Shown here piece after piece: positions 26,270 to 39,096 of a stretch of 64,000 nt of DNA. Position numbers and translations under genes: made by a program. The DNA is from Octopus vulgaris. Its lineage: Eukaryota. Within the stretch, counting starts at the first letter, position 1. Each line of letters begins with the position of its first letter. The stretch covers positions 72,664,001 through 72,728,000 of the forward strand of contig OX597828.1 of assembly GCA_951406725.2 (NCBI GenBank). The letters are read 5' to 3'. Below the pieces are notes generated by a model. It saw only the letters and a list, made by a program, of their open reading frames with translations, was not told where the DNA came from and did not search any database.

Positions 26270-27210
26270 ACACCACCTGGTGAAGTCTTTTAGTCATATA
26301 TAGGGCACCATGGCCCACTCTAGCAAACAGTTATTATTGTTGGAGACATATCCGAGTGTAGGACACGGGTCCGAAATCTTTTGAAGAAATTTGTCCAGTG
26401 AACTTTATGGGATACGTTTCAATTTTGACTTATTTTGGAATGGTATTAAAGAGAGCTGGAACGGTTGAGGTAAAGTAGTTGTGACGTACTGTTGTTATTT
26501 TTCCTGCTTTCGACTTTTGTTGTGGGCGGAAAGTACGGGGTCCAAGTCTTGGGATTTTAAAATTGATACCAACATCCTTTGTGTAATATTGATGGAATAT
26601 TTTCCATATCACACAAATGATGTGGCGCTCCCGGTGACTTGGTAGAAAGTAGAGACTGAGTTATTTTAGTCGACCCCAATAGTCAATGCCTGCGATGCTG
26701 TCTATCTTTCTTGTTATTGACCTCTGGAGTGCTTCCACTTTCATAATGAGTTGCTTCGTATGGGGAGACCACAGTGGCCAACAGTATTCAAGGTCGGGTC
26801 GGGCAAAAGTAGATTAGAGAAGGATGATTGTGTGGGCATCTTTAGACCGGAAAGTTCTCAGAATCCAGGAGTTCATTTTGCGGGCCAAGTCAGCCTTGCT
26901 GTTGACGTGTGAACTCCAGCTTAGATTGTTATCAACAATTACTCCAAGGTCTCTGGTGTTGTTGGATGACATTAGGGAGTCACCCGACGGAGGAGCATAT
27001 GGTAGTTTCAGAGTATCCCATTTTCCAGAGTGGATCAAATTAAACTTATCTTCATTTAGAAGCATATTGTTTTTTCCCGCCCATTGGTCAACAGCAAACA
27101 GATCCGACTGAAGGCATGGTCAGTCTCCCATACCGTTTATGGCTTTCTGGAGTTTGGAATCATCTGCAAAGATTTTCAATGTAGAATGTTTGATAATGTT
27201 TTACTCTGTC
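26270..27210 (-). mobile_element. CR1-like (Jockey group) LINE 3' portion, decayed
   Basis: LLNEDKFNLIH...RDLGVIVDNNLSWSSHVN...WILRTF (ORF 26814-27065), FADDSK remnant near 27160, LEYCWPLWSP, WKIFHQ. A related 3' end is at 47862-48440. Confidence 0.8.
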
Positions 27211-27212
27211 AA

Positions 27213-27287
<75 letters not shown>

Positions 27288-27423
27288 TTATATTCGTGTG
27301 TGTGTGTGTGTGAATATATATATATATATGTTTAAATATATATATATATATATGTATGAATAATGCATTTCTGTATCTACACACACACACGCACGCACGC
27401 ACGCGCAGACACACGCACACACA

Positions 27424-28507
27424 CCCGGTGTTGCTTGGGTTTGTTTCGACCCTTTAGAATTGGAATTTTTGAAAAGTAAAAATTTTGCATTATGCAACTT
27501 GTTATTCTCTTCAAGTGAACATTTTTCCAGTTGAAATACACCGAAAAATGGTGACACAGCAGTCAAAAATCGTAAAAAAATAGGGCCTTTCATAGAAAAA
27601 AAGCACCTTTTTGATGTAGATAATTTTTGGTGTTAACATGGACCGATTTGAATTTTATCTTCTACAGAATGAAGAGCAAGCCTTCTATCATACTCTCAAT
27701 TTTGGTCAACTATCGAAGGAGATAGTGTTAGTTGAAGGCTACCAAACCTGCCACACACAGACAACTTCAGCTTTATATATATAGATTTGCTACACACTAC
27801 TTTCCATCCTGAATAATGATACTTGGTAGATCCAAAAGTTAAACACACAGACACACACACAGATACACACACAGACACACAAGTTGAGTTATATATATAT
27901 ATAGATTTCTCAACGGGGATTTCAGGGGAGAGTTTCAGGGAGTCGCTGGCGATGTATCATGATGATCAAAAATCCGGCCTGCTAAAATTTGGTTAAAGTG
28001 ATTCAAACTGCAGACTCAACGCAAAATGGTCATATTTAATTCAAAGCGTTAAAAATGTTATGAAAACAATTGGTATGTGTTCACAAAGTTCAAACGATTA
28101 CTACGAAAAAACCCTCCAGGCTACATCCCGAAAATTCATTTCTTTGCCGAATTTCTACAATGTTTACGGCGATTCGTTTTTATATCTTGATTTTTTTATT
28201 TTTCATGCAATTTACGCATGCTTGCACGCGTGAACTCAGTTCACGTCAAACAGCTGACTGAGTAAAGCTCATTATTCAATGCATGGGATAAGGCATAAAC
28301 AAACACATTATCGATTTTTGCACTTGCGAGATGAATTTCGGAACAGAAATAGCGCAGTTCAAATTTCATTCGCCTAAACTTTAAGTGACCCATTTTTGGT
28401 GGTTCTACGATTTGTTGGCAAGGAGGAGATGTGCCGGGAAGTTAGACACACAGACACACACACAGATACACACACAGACACACAAGCTGAGTTTTATATA
28501 TATAGAT
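27424..28507 (-). mobile_element. Non-autonomous Helitron-like element with repeated 5' termini
   Basis: Minus-strand aTCTATATATATAAA(g/a)ct starts at 27786, 27906 and 28507, each followed by (TG)n. GC-rich sub-terminal hairpin cccggtgttgcttggg at 27424-27439. The terminal CTAG is not seen. Confidence 0.55.
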
Positions 28508-28509
28508 AT

Positions 28510-28567
<58 letters not shown>

Positions 28568-28814
28568 CATGTGTGTGTGTGTATGTCCGTGAAGGTGCAT
28601 GGCATAGTGGTTTGATTGTCGTGGGTTGGATTCCCAGACCGGGCAGCGAGTTGTGTTCTTGAACAAAACACTTCATATCACGTTGCTCGAATCCCCCTTT
28701 CAATGAGGAAGAAATGTGAGCTTGTTTGCCCAGTTAGTGGGATGGCTTCAATCCAAGGCAAAGCGCATTAAGACCAGCAATATGTAACAGCAACTGATGT
28801 ACAAACGCACACAT

Positions 28815-29030
28815 ACATGGAGGTGCTGAAATGTTCCTGGCTTTAAAGGTGTCTTGAAATGTTTGGCTTGAGGGTCACCCTTCTGAGTTCTATTACAGAA
28901 CTTAGAAAAGTTGGATGACCGCTGCAATAAGTGTGTAAATTTGAAATATGAACATGTGGAATAAAATCATAATTATCTGGTCCTCCTGTATTTTCTTTTT
29001 ACCCATAAAATCGCAGCCACCACCCTCGTA
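28815..29030. mobile_element. Small mariner-derived MITE remnant
   Basis: Left end ggaggtgctgaaatgttcctggcttt, right end ...caccaccctcgTA. Internal remnant resembles a transposase C-terminus (RCNKCVNLKYEHVE*). Confidence 0.5.
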
Positions 29031-29049
29031 TGAATGTATGTATGTTCAA

Positions 29050-29200
29050 ATTTATAGAAAAAAAAACGAAGATTGGTGAGGGAACAACAAACAGGTGTAT
29101 TAGTTTGACGCTCGGGGAGAATGGAAAAGTCTTTGACGTTTCGAGCCTACGCTCTTCGATAGAAAAGCATGAGAGAAAAAAATAGAGAACGGAAAAAGAT
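29050..29200 (-). mobile_element. Penelope-like pLTR fragment with degenerate hammerhead (29129-29166)
   Basis: Minus strand cttt-t-CTATCGA-a-GAGC gtag GCTC-GAAA-CG-TC-aaag; same family as 31305-31342. Confidence 0.6.
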
Positions 29201-29243
29201 TGAGAGAGAAAAAAATGTTTATGGATTAATGGTTCAACACGAC

Positions 29244-29333
<90 letters not shown>

Positions 29334-29433
29334 ATATTTATAATAGCTCGTATAAGAGTAGGTATATATTTGTAAAAAATGAAGTTCGAAAATGCTGCTG
29401 TATTATACAATTTTTAATTTTTATATATACATT

Positions 29434-29470
29434 ATAACATGTTTCAGTTCCTGAAATGAACCTTATCAAA
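29434..29470 (-). ncRNA. Hammerhead-like motif with U3-A8 core
   Basis: Minus strand TTGATAA-GGTTC atttcag GAACT-GAAA-CATG-TT. Stem III is palindromic; stem I is weak. Confidence 0.45.
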
Positions 29471-29796
29471 AAAAGTTATATATAAAAAAAGACAGCTCAT
29501 GCCGTCAAACACAAGAAATTCATTTATAATACACAACGGAGTCAGACATCTTAGAGTTCATGTATAGTTGATATATAGTTCATGTATAGTTGATATATAG
29601 TTTGAAGTATATGTTCAAAGTGTTCGATGCAGTGGCCCACGGTGGCGATACGTATTCAATACAAAAAACAGATCAAAGTGGTGGAAAGCGGTCAATACAG
29701 AAGATTGATGTTTCCGAAAGAGCGAGGAATTCATTTTTACCTTAAGCAATTGTGATGACCCATGGTGGAAGTTCGCTTATATATGTATATATACTC

Positions 29797-29863
29797 AAAA
29801 ATAAGCAACAAGAATGACTCCGGTAATTTGGAATTGTCGGAGTCATTCTTGTTGCTTATTTTT
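29797..29863. repeat. Fold-back inverted repeat (26-bp perfect arms) next to (TA)n
   Basis: aaaaataagcaacaagaatgactccg / cggagtcattcttgttgcttattttt. Confidence 0.92.
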
Positions 29864-29980
29864 TATTATAATCACCCCGCAAATTTTTATGGGTAATACC
29901 ATAAAAAATTCTGGTGCATCTAAATTAAGTACCATATTCATTTGAATCTAAATTATTGCTGAACTTATATATATATATAT

Positions 29981-30378
29981 CACCTTGATCACCTTGACTG
30001 ACCAGTCCGTCAGGCGTCCATTTGACACCGCTGGTCACAGCACGCTGTCCACTCCTCTCTGGATCGCGCCTTTCTCATCCACGTGATCCCAATCGTCCTC
30101 CTGACATCATAACTCCACCGTCGTGGAGGCCTTCCGAGTGGTCTTTTCCCCTCGCGCGGGTACCACTCGACAGCTGCGTGGGTCCACCGATTATCGGTGA
30201 GCCGGGCGACGTGTCCAGCCCATCTATACTTGCTGCGTGTATACTCTGCGATGACATCTCTCACGCCGGACCTCTTTCTGATGATCTCGCTACTGATGTG
30301 CTCTCTCAACGAGATTGCAAGCATTGACCTTTCCATGGCTCTTTGAGCCGTTACCAGTCTTTGCTCTTCTCTCTTTGT

Positions 30379-30379
<1 letters not shown>
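29981..30379 (-). mobile_element. RTE-clade LINE 3' end inserted in (TA)n
   Basis: [16 protein letters not shown]...RWAGHVARLTDNRW...KRPLGRPPRRW (ORF 30010-30510). Short tandem tail (caccttga)x2. Confidence 0.88.
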
Positions 30380-30440
<61 letters not shown>

Positions 30441-30456
30441 CATACATATACATATA

Positions 30457-30496
<40 letters not shown>

Positions 30497-30531
30497 CACG
30501 TAATTGTCATACAATATATATATATATATAT

Positions 30532-30800
30532 TTATATTATATTAAATTAGAGACAAACCACTATTAGGCAAATCAAACAATGAAAAACTTAATCCAATAC
30601 ATAATATTATTTAATTTATATTATTTAAATATATAACAAAATTATTAAAAAAATAATTATTAATTATATTAATTATATTTTTTAAATAATTTTGTTATAT
30701 ATTTAAATAATATAAATTAAATAATCTTATGTATTGGATTAAGTTTTTCATTGTTTGATTTGCCTAATAGTGGTTTTGTCTCTAATTTAATATAATATAA
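30532..30800. repeat. AT-rich palindrome with about 125-bp arms, between (TA)n tracts
   Basis: ttatattatattaaattagagacaaaccactattaggcaaatcaaacaatg... mirrored at 30670-30800. A single-arm relative lies at 41095-41200. Confidence 0.92.
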
Positions 30801-30873
30801 TATTTTACTATAAAATTGGATTCAATCCTAAATCTGATTTTTCCCTGTAAGTTTGGATTTATTCCCTAATATT

Positions 30874-30919
<46 letters not shown>

Positions 30920-30925
<6 letters not shown>

Positions 30926-31440
30926 TTATACATACTAATACGTACTAATACATACTAATACATACTAATACCTACACCAACCCCATACATACGCACGTCC
31001 AGACCAATCCTACGCACTAATACTCTCTCATACACACACACACACACACACACACCCTTATACATACTAATACATACACCAACCCTATACATACACACGT
31101 CCAGACCCCTCCTACGCACTATTAGCTGGTCCTTCAACGCTATTATCAACCCTATTATCAACCCTATTATCTCCCCTTATTTCGCTCTCGCGTCTCATGT
31201 TTGATCTTTGACCTCTGGCCGAAATCAGATCGCCATGTTGATTCGTTAGCTACTGCACGCATTTTTTTCTCTCCTTCTTTCTGTGTTTTTTTTCTCTCTG
31301 TGTATCTTTCTGTTGAAGAGCGTAGGTTCGAAACGTTAAAGACTTGTTTTATTTATATTTCCTGAGCGCCATACTAATACAATTGTTCGTTTGTTTTCCA
31401 CCTGCCTTCGTCTTTTGTCTATTTTCATAAAGCTTCCCGT
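30920..31440 (+). mobile_element. Penelope-like pLTR fragment with internal tandem duplication and hammerhead motif (31305-31342)
   Basis: tcttt-CTGTTGA-a-GAGC gtag GTTC-GAAA-CG-TT-aaaga (5-bp stem I, A6 changed to U). Duplicated unit catactaatac...cacgtccagacc..tcctacgcacta. (TA)n on both sides. Confidence 0.65.
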
Positions 31441-31475
<35 letters not shown>

Positions 31476-31485
31476 CTGTGTGTCT

Positions 31486-32340
31486 GTGTGGTCTGATCAA
31501 TAAGTATCCGGTCTGTTGCCATAACGAAGCTAAAGCAGAGTAAAGCCGCTTGGCACACCTTCAACTCTGCTCTGCATGTGCACTAAGTTTTAATGCTCTG
31601 GCTGTCTTCTGCTGTCTACAGCAGTGCTCGGAAGGAAGGTGTGTAGCGTGTGATTGTAGCATTGACCATTACAGAGAAAGTTGAACAGAGAATCTGCATC
31701 AAATGTTGCCAAAGGCTCGGAGATACCTGCTCAGAGGCCTACGCAAATTTTTCAAAAACTTTTCATCGTTCTTGACACAATCGAGATCTTGTGCAACTGG
31801 AATTCGAGTGCCATTTTGGTCAGCTGAAAGCAGCTTTGGCACAAATCGTAAGTGATAATGGACTGAACTGATTCATAACTAATCTGCACATCCTTTAATA
31901 ATTCACGGATGGTGATTCGACGATTTCCTCTCACAGCTGCACGCACATCTGCAATGTTTTTCTCAGTTCTGCTGGTTGCAGGTCTCCAAGAATGTTCGTC
32001 AATATCAACAGTTTTTCGACCATCTTGAAAACGTTTGAACTACTCGTACACTTGTGTGCATCTCACACACTCCTCTCCATACACTTAATGCAACTTTGTG
32101 TAGGCCTCTGAGTAGGTATTGCCAGGACAACTTTCTCTGTCATGGTCAATGCGACGATCACATACTACACAGGGTAGGGTCCTTCAAGGCACTGCTCTAA
32201 ACAGCGGAAGTGAGCTGGAACGTTAAACTTAGTGCGCACGCACAGCAGAGTCCAAGGTGAACCTTTGCCAAGCAGCTTCACTATGCATGTATTAGCTTCG
32301 TTAGTTGAAAACAGTCTGGATACTTATTGATCAGACCTTG
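31486..32340. mobile_element. Mariner derivative built from two inverted 5' ends
   Basis: TIRs ggtctgatcaataagtatcc / ggatacttattgatcagacc. The transposase N-terminus appears on + (TEKVEQRICIKCCQRLG, about 31670) and on - (atgacagagaaagttg at about 32143 through RAAVRGNRRITIRELL). Confidence 0.8.
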
Positions 32341-32419
32341 TGTCTACATACATACAAACATACATACATACACACACACATATATATAGATATAGATATA
32401 TATACACAAACATACAAGA

Positions 32420-32670
32420 CTAGCTGTGTGATAAGTAGCTTGCTTACCAACCACATGGTTCCTGGATAAGTCCCACTGCGTGGCACCTTAGGCAAGTGTC
32501 TTCTACTATAGCCTCGGGCCGACCAAACCCTTGTGAGTGGATTTGATAGACGGAAACTGGAAGAAGCCCGTCATGTATATATATATATATGTGTGTGTGT
32601 GTTTGTGTGTGTGTTTCTCCCCCCACCACTGCTTGACAACTGATGCTGGTGTGTTTACGTCCCTCCCCGT
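32420..32670 (+). mobile_element. OK-like SINE, 5' two-thirds
   Basis: gctgtgtgataagtagcttgcttaccaaccacatggttcc...ctatagcctcgggccgaccaaa...ggaaactggaagaagcccgtc. Confidence 0.85.
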
Positions 32671-32723
32671 AGCTTCGAAGCCTTCCAAGTTTTTATTAAA
32701 AAGATAGCATTTTTCTGATGGCC

Positions 32724-32786
32724 TGATAACTGAAGAGATGGCGGCATGGATTTCCGCCCCGACATCCGAAACTCGGAGTTTTATCA
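32724..32786 (+). ncRNA. Type I hammerhead ribozyme, apparently intact core
   Basis: tgataa-CTGAAGA-GATG gcgg catggattt ccgc cccga CATC c-GAAA-CTC g GAG-TT-ttatca: 6-bp stem I, canonical core, extended stem II, self-complementary stem III. About 30 nt upstream of (TA)n. Confidence 0.75.
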
Positions 32787-32816
32787 TGGCTACCGAATAA
32801 TTGACATATATTATAT

Positions 32817-32885
<69 letters not shown>

Positions 32886-32894
<9 letters not shown>

Positions 32895-33055
32895 ATTTAG
32901 GGTATCTAAGAGATACCACAACGCTGGAAATAGCAGCCAAAACTTGACTCTAAAACCACTGGTGCTGTGTGAACGTTAAATGTGGTTTTAGAGTCAAGTT
33001 TTGGCTGCTATTTCCAGCGTTGTGGTATCACTTAGATACCCTAAATTATAATTTT
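32886..33055. repeat. Fold-back inverted repeat (74-bp arms, 1 mismatch, 22-nt spacer) inside (TA)n
   Basis: aaaattataatttagggtatctaagagataccacaacgctggaaatagcagccaaaacttgactctaaaaccac is mirrored at 32982-33055. Confidence 0.95.
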
Positions 33056-33374
33056 ATATATATATATATATAACGATATTATAACTTTGATAGGTTTCGG
33101 CCAGTATTGGCCAGTATATATTTATATCTATGAACACGCAGAAAAATTAAACATGTACTTAAGTCCTTATATGGACAGGGTTATATCGGTTTTTGCATTT
33201 ATGCCCAAGAATATGGATTATATTGTTGAGAAGAGGAAGCATGAATACAGTTGAAGTTCTAAGTAGTTTTAGAAAGAAAGACTTAGTTTTGGTGTTGGAA
33301 AGAGTTTAGTGAAGAAGAAATTTGCTGGAAGCAGAGATAAATGGTCGGAGTTTGCGGTTAATGGACAACGAGTG

Positions 33375-33464
33375 GTGTGTGTGTGTGAGAGAGGGAGACG
33401 TTTAGTGTAATTGTGAGAGAATGTGTGAGTGTGTTTTTGTATGTTTGTGCGTGTGTTTGTGAGT

Positions 33465-33520
<56 letters not shown>

Positions 33521-33903
33521 TTAGATTATTTTGTGTGGAGTCTGACTGAAATACTAGTGACAATGAAATATGTAAAATGTGGTTGTTGGTGGCGGTGGGG
33601 AGAAACAGGGGGGAGGAGAGAAAGAGGGGGAGAGAGGGAGACAGAGTGGGAGAGAGAGGGAGAGAGAGTGGGAGAGAGAAGAAAAGAGACAAACAGAGAG
33701 AGACAGACAGACAGAAAGAGAAAGAGCAAGAGAGAGGAAGATAGGCAAAAAGAAAGAGACAGAGGCTGAGGAAGAGGTTAAGACAAAGAACGAGAAAGAG
33801 AGAGAGACACACAGACAGAAAGAGAAAGAGAGTGAGGGGTGGCAGAGAAAGAGGGGGAGAGAGTGAACGAGCGACCAAGGGAAAGATAGAAAGGGAAGAG
33901 AGA

Positions 33904-33944
<41 letters not shown>

Positions 33945-35167
33945 GGGTAAGTGAATAAGCTAAGAAGTTGGAAAAGGGGAGGGGAGGTAAAGTGCCTTGT
34001 AAGAAGAGAGAAGCATGAAGGATGCAATAAATCTTAAATAAGGGTACGGGTACGGGTAGGTAGATTTTAAAGTGTGTGCGGGGAGGGCGCAGTGGCAATT
34101 TGGGAAGAGAAAAGTGTCAAAAGGGTGCAAGTGGAAGGATGGACAAGGGAAATAGGGGTGGGGGGTGGCGGGGAAATAAATCTTGAATAAATATTTAAAA
34201 TTTTAAGAAGAAAAGAATGAAGACTTATGATTAATGACTAAAGAAGAGGAAGTGCAAAAAGTAAATTCACGTCTAAGAAGGAAGAGATAGAAGCAGCGGT
34301 TGAGGAGGCGGTGGTGGTGGTTGTGGTGGTGGTGGAAGTGGTGGTGGTGGTGGGGGTGGTGGGGGTTGTGGTGGTAGCGGTAGTTATGGTGGAAGTGGTT
34401 GTGGTGGTGGTGGTGGTGGCGGTGGTAGTGGAGAATGGCGGGAAAATGAAGATAGAAATTGTATTGAAAGAAAGGGTTAAGAGGATGAGGAAAGAAAGGA
34501 TAGGTTGTGTGTGTGTGTGTGTGTTTGTGTGTATGTGTGCGTGTGAGAGAAAAGAAATAGGGAGAGAGAGTGAGAGAGAGAGAGGGAGAGAGGAAGATGG
34601 AGAGAGGAAGAGGGAGAGAGCTCGTTCTATTTATGAATTGTGTGTGATCATGTTTGAATGTATGTGCGTATGTGTGCGTGCATGTGTGTGCATGTGTGTG
34701 CATGCTAGTGTGTCATTGCACGATTGTGTGTGTGTGTGTGTGAGTGCGCGCGTGGTTGTGTGCGTGTGTGCGTATGTTAGTATGTGTGCGTACGTGTCTG
34801 TGTTTGTGGAGTAAATGTATGTGTGAACGTGTTTGTGTATGTGCGTATCAGTGCGAGTTTGCATACTTGTGTGTGTGTGTATGTGCATGCTTGTGTGTGT
34901 GTGTGTGTGTGCATCTGTGTGTGTGCGTCTGTGTGTGTGTGTGCGTGCGTGTATGTGTGCGTGTTTGTGTGTCGGTGCGCGTGTCTGTATGTGCGTGTGT
35001 GTGCGCGTCTCTGTGTGTGTGCATCTGTGTGTATGTGTGTGTGTGTGTGTGTGTATGTGTGCGTGTATATGTGCGTGATTGTGTGTCGGTGCGCGTGTCT
35101 GTGTGCGTCTCTGTGTGTGCGCATCTGTGTGTATGTGTGTGTATGATTGCGTCTGTGCGCGTGTGTA

Positions 35168-35207
<40 letters not shown>

Positions 35208-35278
35208 TATGTACTATTCGAAGTTAATGCGGGAGAGCCGAAATTCTCTTGTAAACGAACTCCATCTCAACTGGTGCC

Positions 35279-35310
<32 letters not shown>

Positions 35311-35385
35311 CGCTGCTGCCGCTTCGTTTCTTGTTATTGCTGTTGTTGTTCTTGTTGTTGATGCTGCTGCTGCTGCCGATGCGGG
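33375..35385. repeat. About 2 kb strand-biased block of (GT)n, (GA)n, (GGT)n and (CTG)n repeats
   Basis: Direct inspection; all overlapping ORFs are low-complexity. Confidence 0.9.
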
Positions 35386-35629
35386 GAAAGATTGTATAAC
35401 AGTAAGGGGGAAAAAGGAAACAAGAAAAAAAAAACCGAAAAAAAAAAAACCCCAGAAATATAGAGGGGAGTAAATGGGGAGAGCGAGGGCGGCGGCGATG
35501 CGAGTTACGGCAGAAGATGAAGGGAAGAAGATGAGGATTCTGAGAGGCTGAGCATACGAGTACGGGTATATTCATAAAACACTGCTAGGCTTTTCGTGTA
35601 TGCACCGACCTACACAGATCTAAACCCAA

Positions 35630-35694
<65 letters not shown>

Positions 35695-35714
35695 CACATA
35701 TATATATACTTATA

Positions 35715-35756
<42 letters not shown>

Positions 35757-35816
35757 CATATATAGATAGATAGATACATATACACATATTTATAAGAATA
35801 TATATTTACATATACA

Positions 35817-35852
<36 letters not shown>

Positions 35853-36140
35853 TAATAAAATAGAACATATGCATATATATAAACATATATGTACACATAT
35901 ATATATAGATAGATAGATACATATACAAATATATATTTATAAGTATACATATTTACATATACATACATATATATATATATGTATGTATATACACATGCGT
36001 ATATGTATATGTATCTATGTATATATATATATGCATAAATATAAATACATACGTAGGTATAGTCTTGCCTCTTATACACAAACGCTTAAGCTGATACTTT
36101 TCGGCTGCCTGACGTCCACAAAGATCGATTGAAGAGTTGA

Positions 36141-36198
<58 letters not shown>

Positions 36199-36724
36199 CG
36201 CTCCCTCGTTCTCTCTCTCTCTCTCTCTCACTCCGTGTGTGCACATGTGTATACATTAGTTGTTGGTTGGTGTCGCCAGAGGAAAGTTACGGAGCTATAG
36301 AGAAGAAGAAGCCGTACAGAATTGTCTCTTTGCAGTTGTTTCGGAGATTCTACGATATCTATAGAACGAATTCAAGGTAGGTGGAAACATTATTAAACGC
36401 TAAAGAATTCTTCGTTTTCGTTTTTTTGCTCATTGGAATCATTGTGCACTGGGACAATGTCAAACGGCAGAACAGACTTTTAGGAAAGGAATTCTTGGAG
36501 ATAATGCTTTTCTTTTCTTTTCTTTTCTTTTCTTTTCTTTTTGAGATTGGAAGTATTCTTGTACTTTTGTGTATGATATATGACAGACTAAAATGTCGCT
36601 TTTAAATAATTACAAGGGGTCACACATACACACATGCACAAACACATGCACACACACACACACATACACACACACACACACGTCTACATACAAACAGTTG
36701 CACATGCAAATTAAGAAAACATTC

Positions 36725-37150
<426 letters not shown>

Positions 37151-38131
37151 AGTTTTAACAGCAAAAATTTTGAAAATATAAAGAAAGAAAGCAGAGAAAA
37201 AGCATCAATTGTTAATTGCAGTCACGTGATCTGGTGATCCGACTCGAGCATGTCACAAAACGCAAATGAAATACTTGAGACATAATAGAAGTCACATTAA
37301 AGTGCATAATACGTAATGTACATAATATATCTCTCATAATAACACACTTCCATGATACACAAGCACACGGACACACACACGCACATGCTAGCACACAGAC
37401 ACATACACCTACACACACACACACAAACACAAACACACGCACAAACGCACAAACGCACACACAAATACACACACCTATCGTAATATATAGTAATATATAT
37501 ATATATATCAGTGGTTGTAACAGGTACTTGGCTTTCAGGCAGTCGCGATATTAAATTATGTGATATTCGTGAGATTGTTTTCACTTAAGTAACACTTTGG
37601 GCATTTTGTCGAATCGAGCGGCACCAGGTAATTTCTGAAGATGTCGAATATGTATCTCTGGCCCCTGGTTACCCCTATTGATGCTTACCTTCAGGGAAAT
37701 TTCAAAATTACTGCGCATCAATACCCGCTTATGCAAAACTTATATACCCGCCGCTAATGTCGCTTTTTATTTGAATAGATTTGTGTGTGCATGTCTGTTG
37801 ACTCTGCTGTTTAATATATGAAGGCCTCTGTGTGGATAATCGTATCTCACTGTAGTCTGTCAGCGAATCATGCTACATGTATATATCGGTACATATCTTC
37901 TTCCTCATAACGTGTGTTTGTGTACATGAATACACACACACACGCACGCACACACACACACACATTATGTATGTATGTATGTATGTATGTATGTATGTAT
38001 ATATGTATGTATATATATATATACACACACATATATATATAAATATTTATATGTATATATATATATACACACACATACCTACATATACAGACACCCAAAT
38101 GCATTATAACATGTATGCCTATATATACATG

Positions 38132-38189
<58 letters not shown>

Positions 38190-38196
38190 CACGCAC

Positions 38197-38240
<44 letters not shown>

Positions 38241-38553
38241 GACTAAGTGGGTGAATCTCTCACTCTCACTCTCTGTCTCTGCCCCCCACCCTCTGTGTGA
38301 GAATTTATTTATCTTACAGTATCCATCAGGGTATGTTGTTTGTTATACGAGGTTAAATAAATTTATAGATATATTAATTTGAGAAAGAATTTCAATGGGT
38401 GCCGGCTAGAATATATTAGAGGCTTTTAATTATTTGCTTCGCTGCATTGATATATGCAAATAAATATTATATTCTCTCTCACACACACACGCACACGCAC
38501 AAACACACACATGCGCGCACGCGCACTCTTACACATTTTCTTCACCCTGGCAT

Positions 38554-38585
<32 letters not shown>

Positions 38586-38765
38586 ACATACACACACATA
38601 CGCAGCCACATACATAATAATTTTGATAAGCTACTCTCGACAGAGAACTTCGGAGTCACTGTCAATAATAAATGATATTATTATTAAATGCCTGCGTTTG
38701 TAAACCTTATAATTCATTTAATATTCAGTGTTGAATATATGCAAAACACAGCAATTAATATATAT

Positions 38766-38815
<50 letters not shown>

Positions 38816-38867
38816 TATATACATATATAAAATTTATATATATACGTTTTTTGTGTATACATACGTA

Positions 38868-38940
38868 CATAGATAGATATATATATATAGATAGATAGAT
38901 AGATAGAAAGATAGATAGAAAGATAGATAGAAAGATAGAT

Positions 38941-38971
<31 letters not shown>

Positions 38972-39008
38972 AAGATAGATAGAAAGATAGATAGATAGAA
39001 AGATAGAT

Positions 39009-39080
<72 letters not shown>

Positions 39081-39096
39081 GGTTAGATAGACAGAT
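38868..39096. repeat. (GATA)n microsatellite
   Basis: Direct inspection. Confidence 0.95.
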
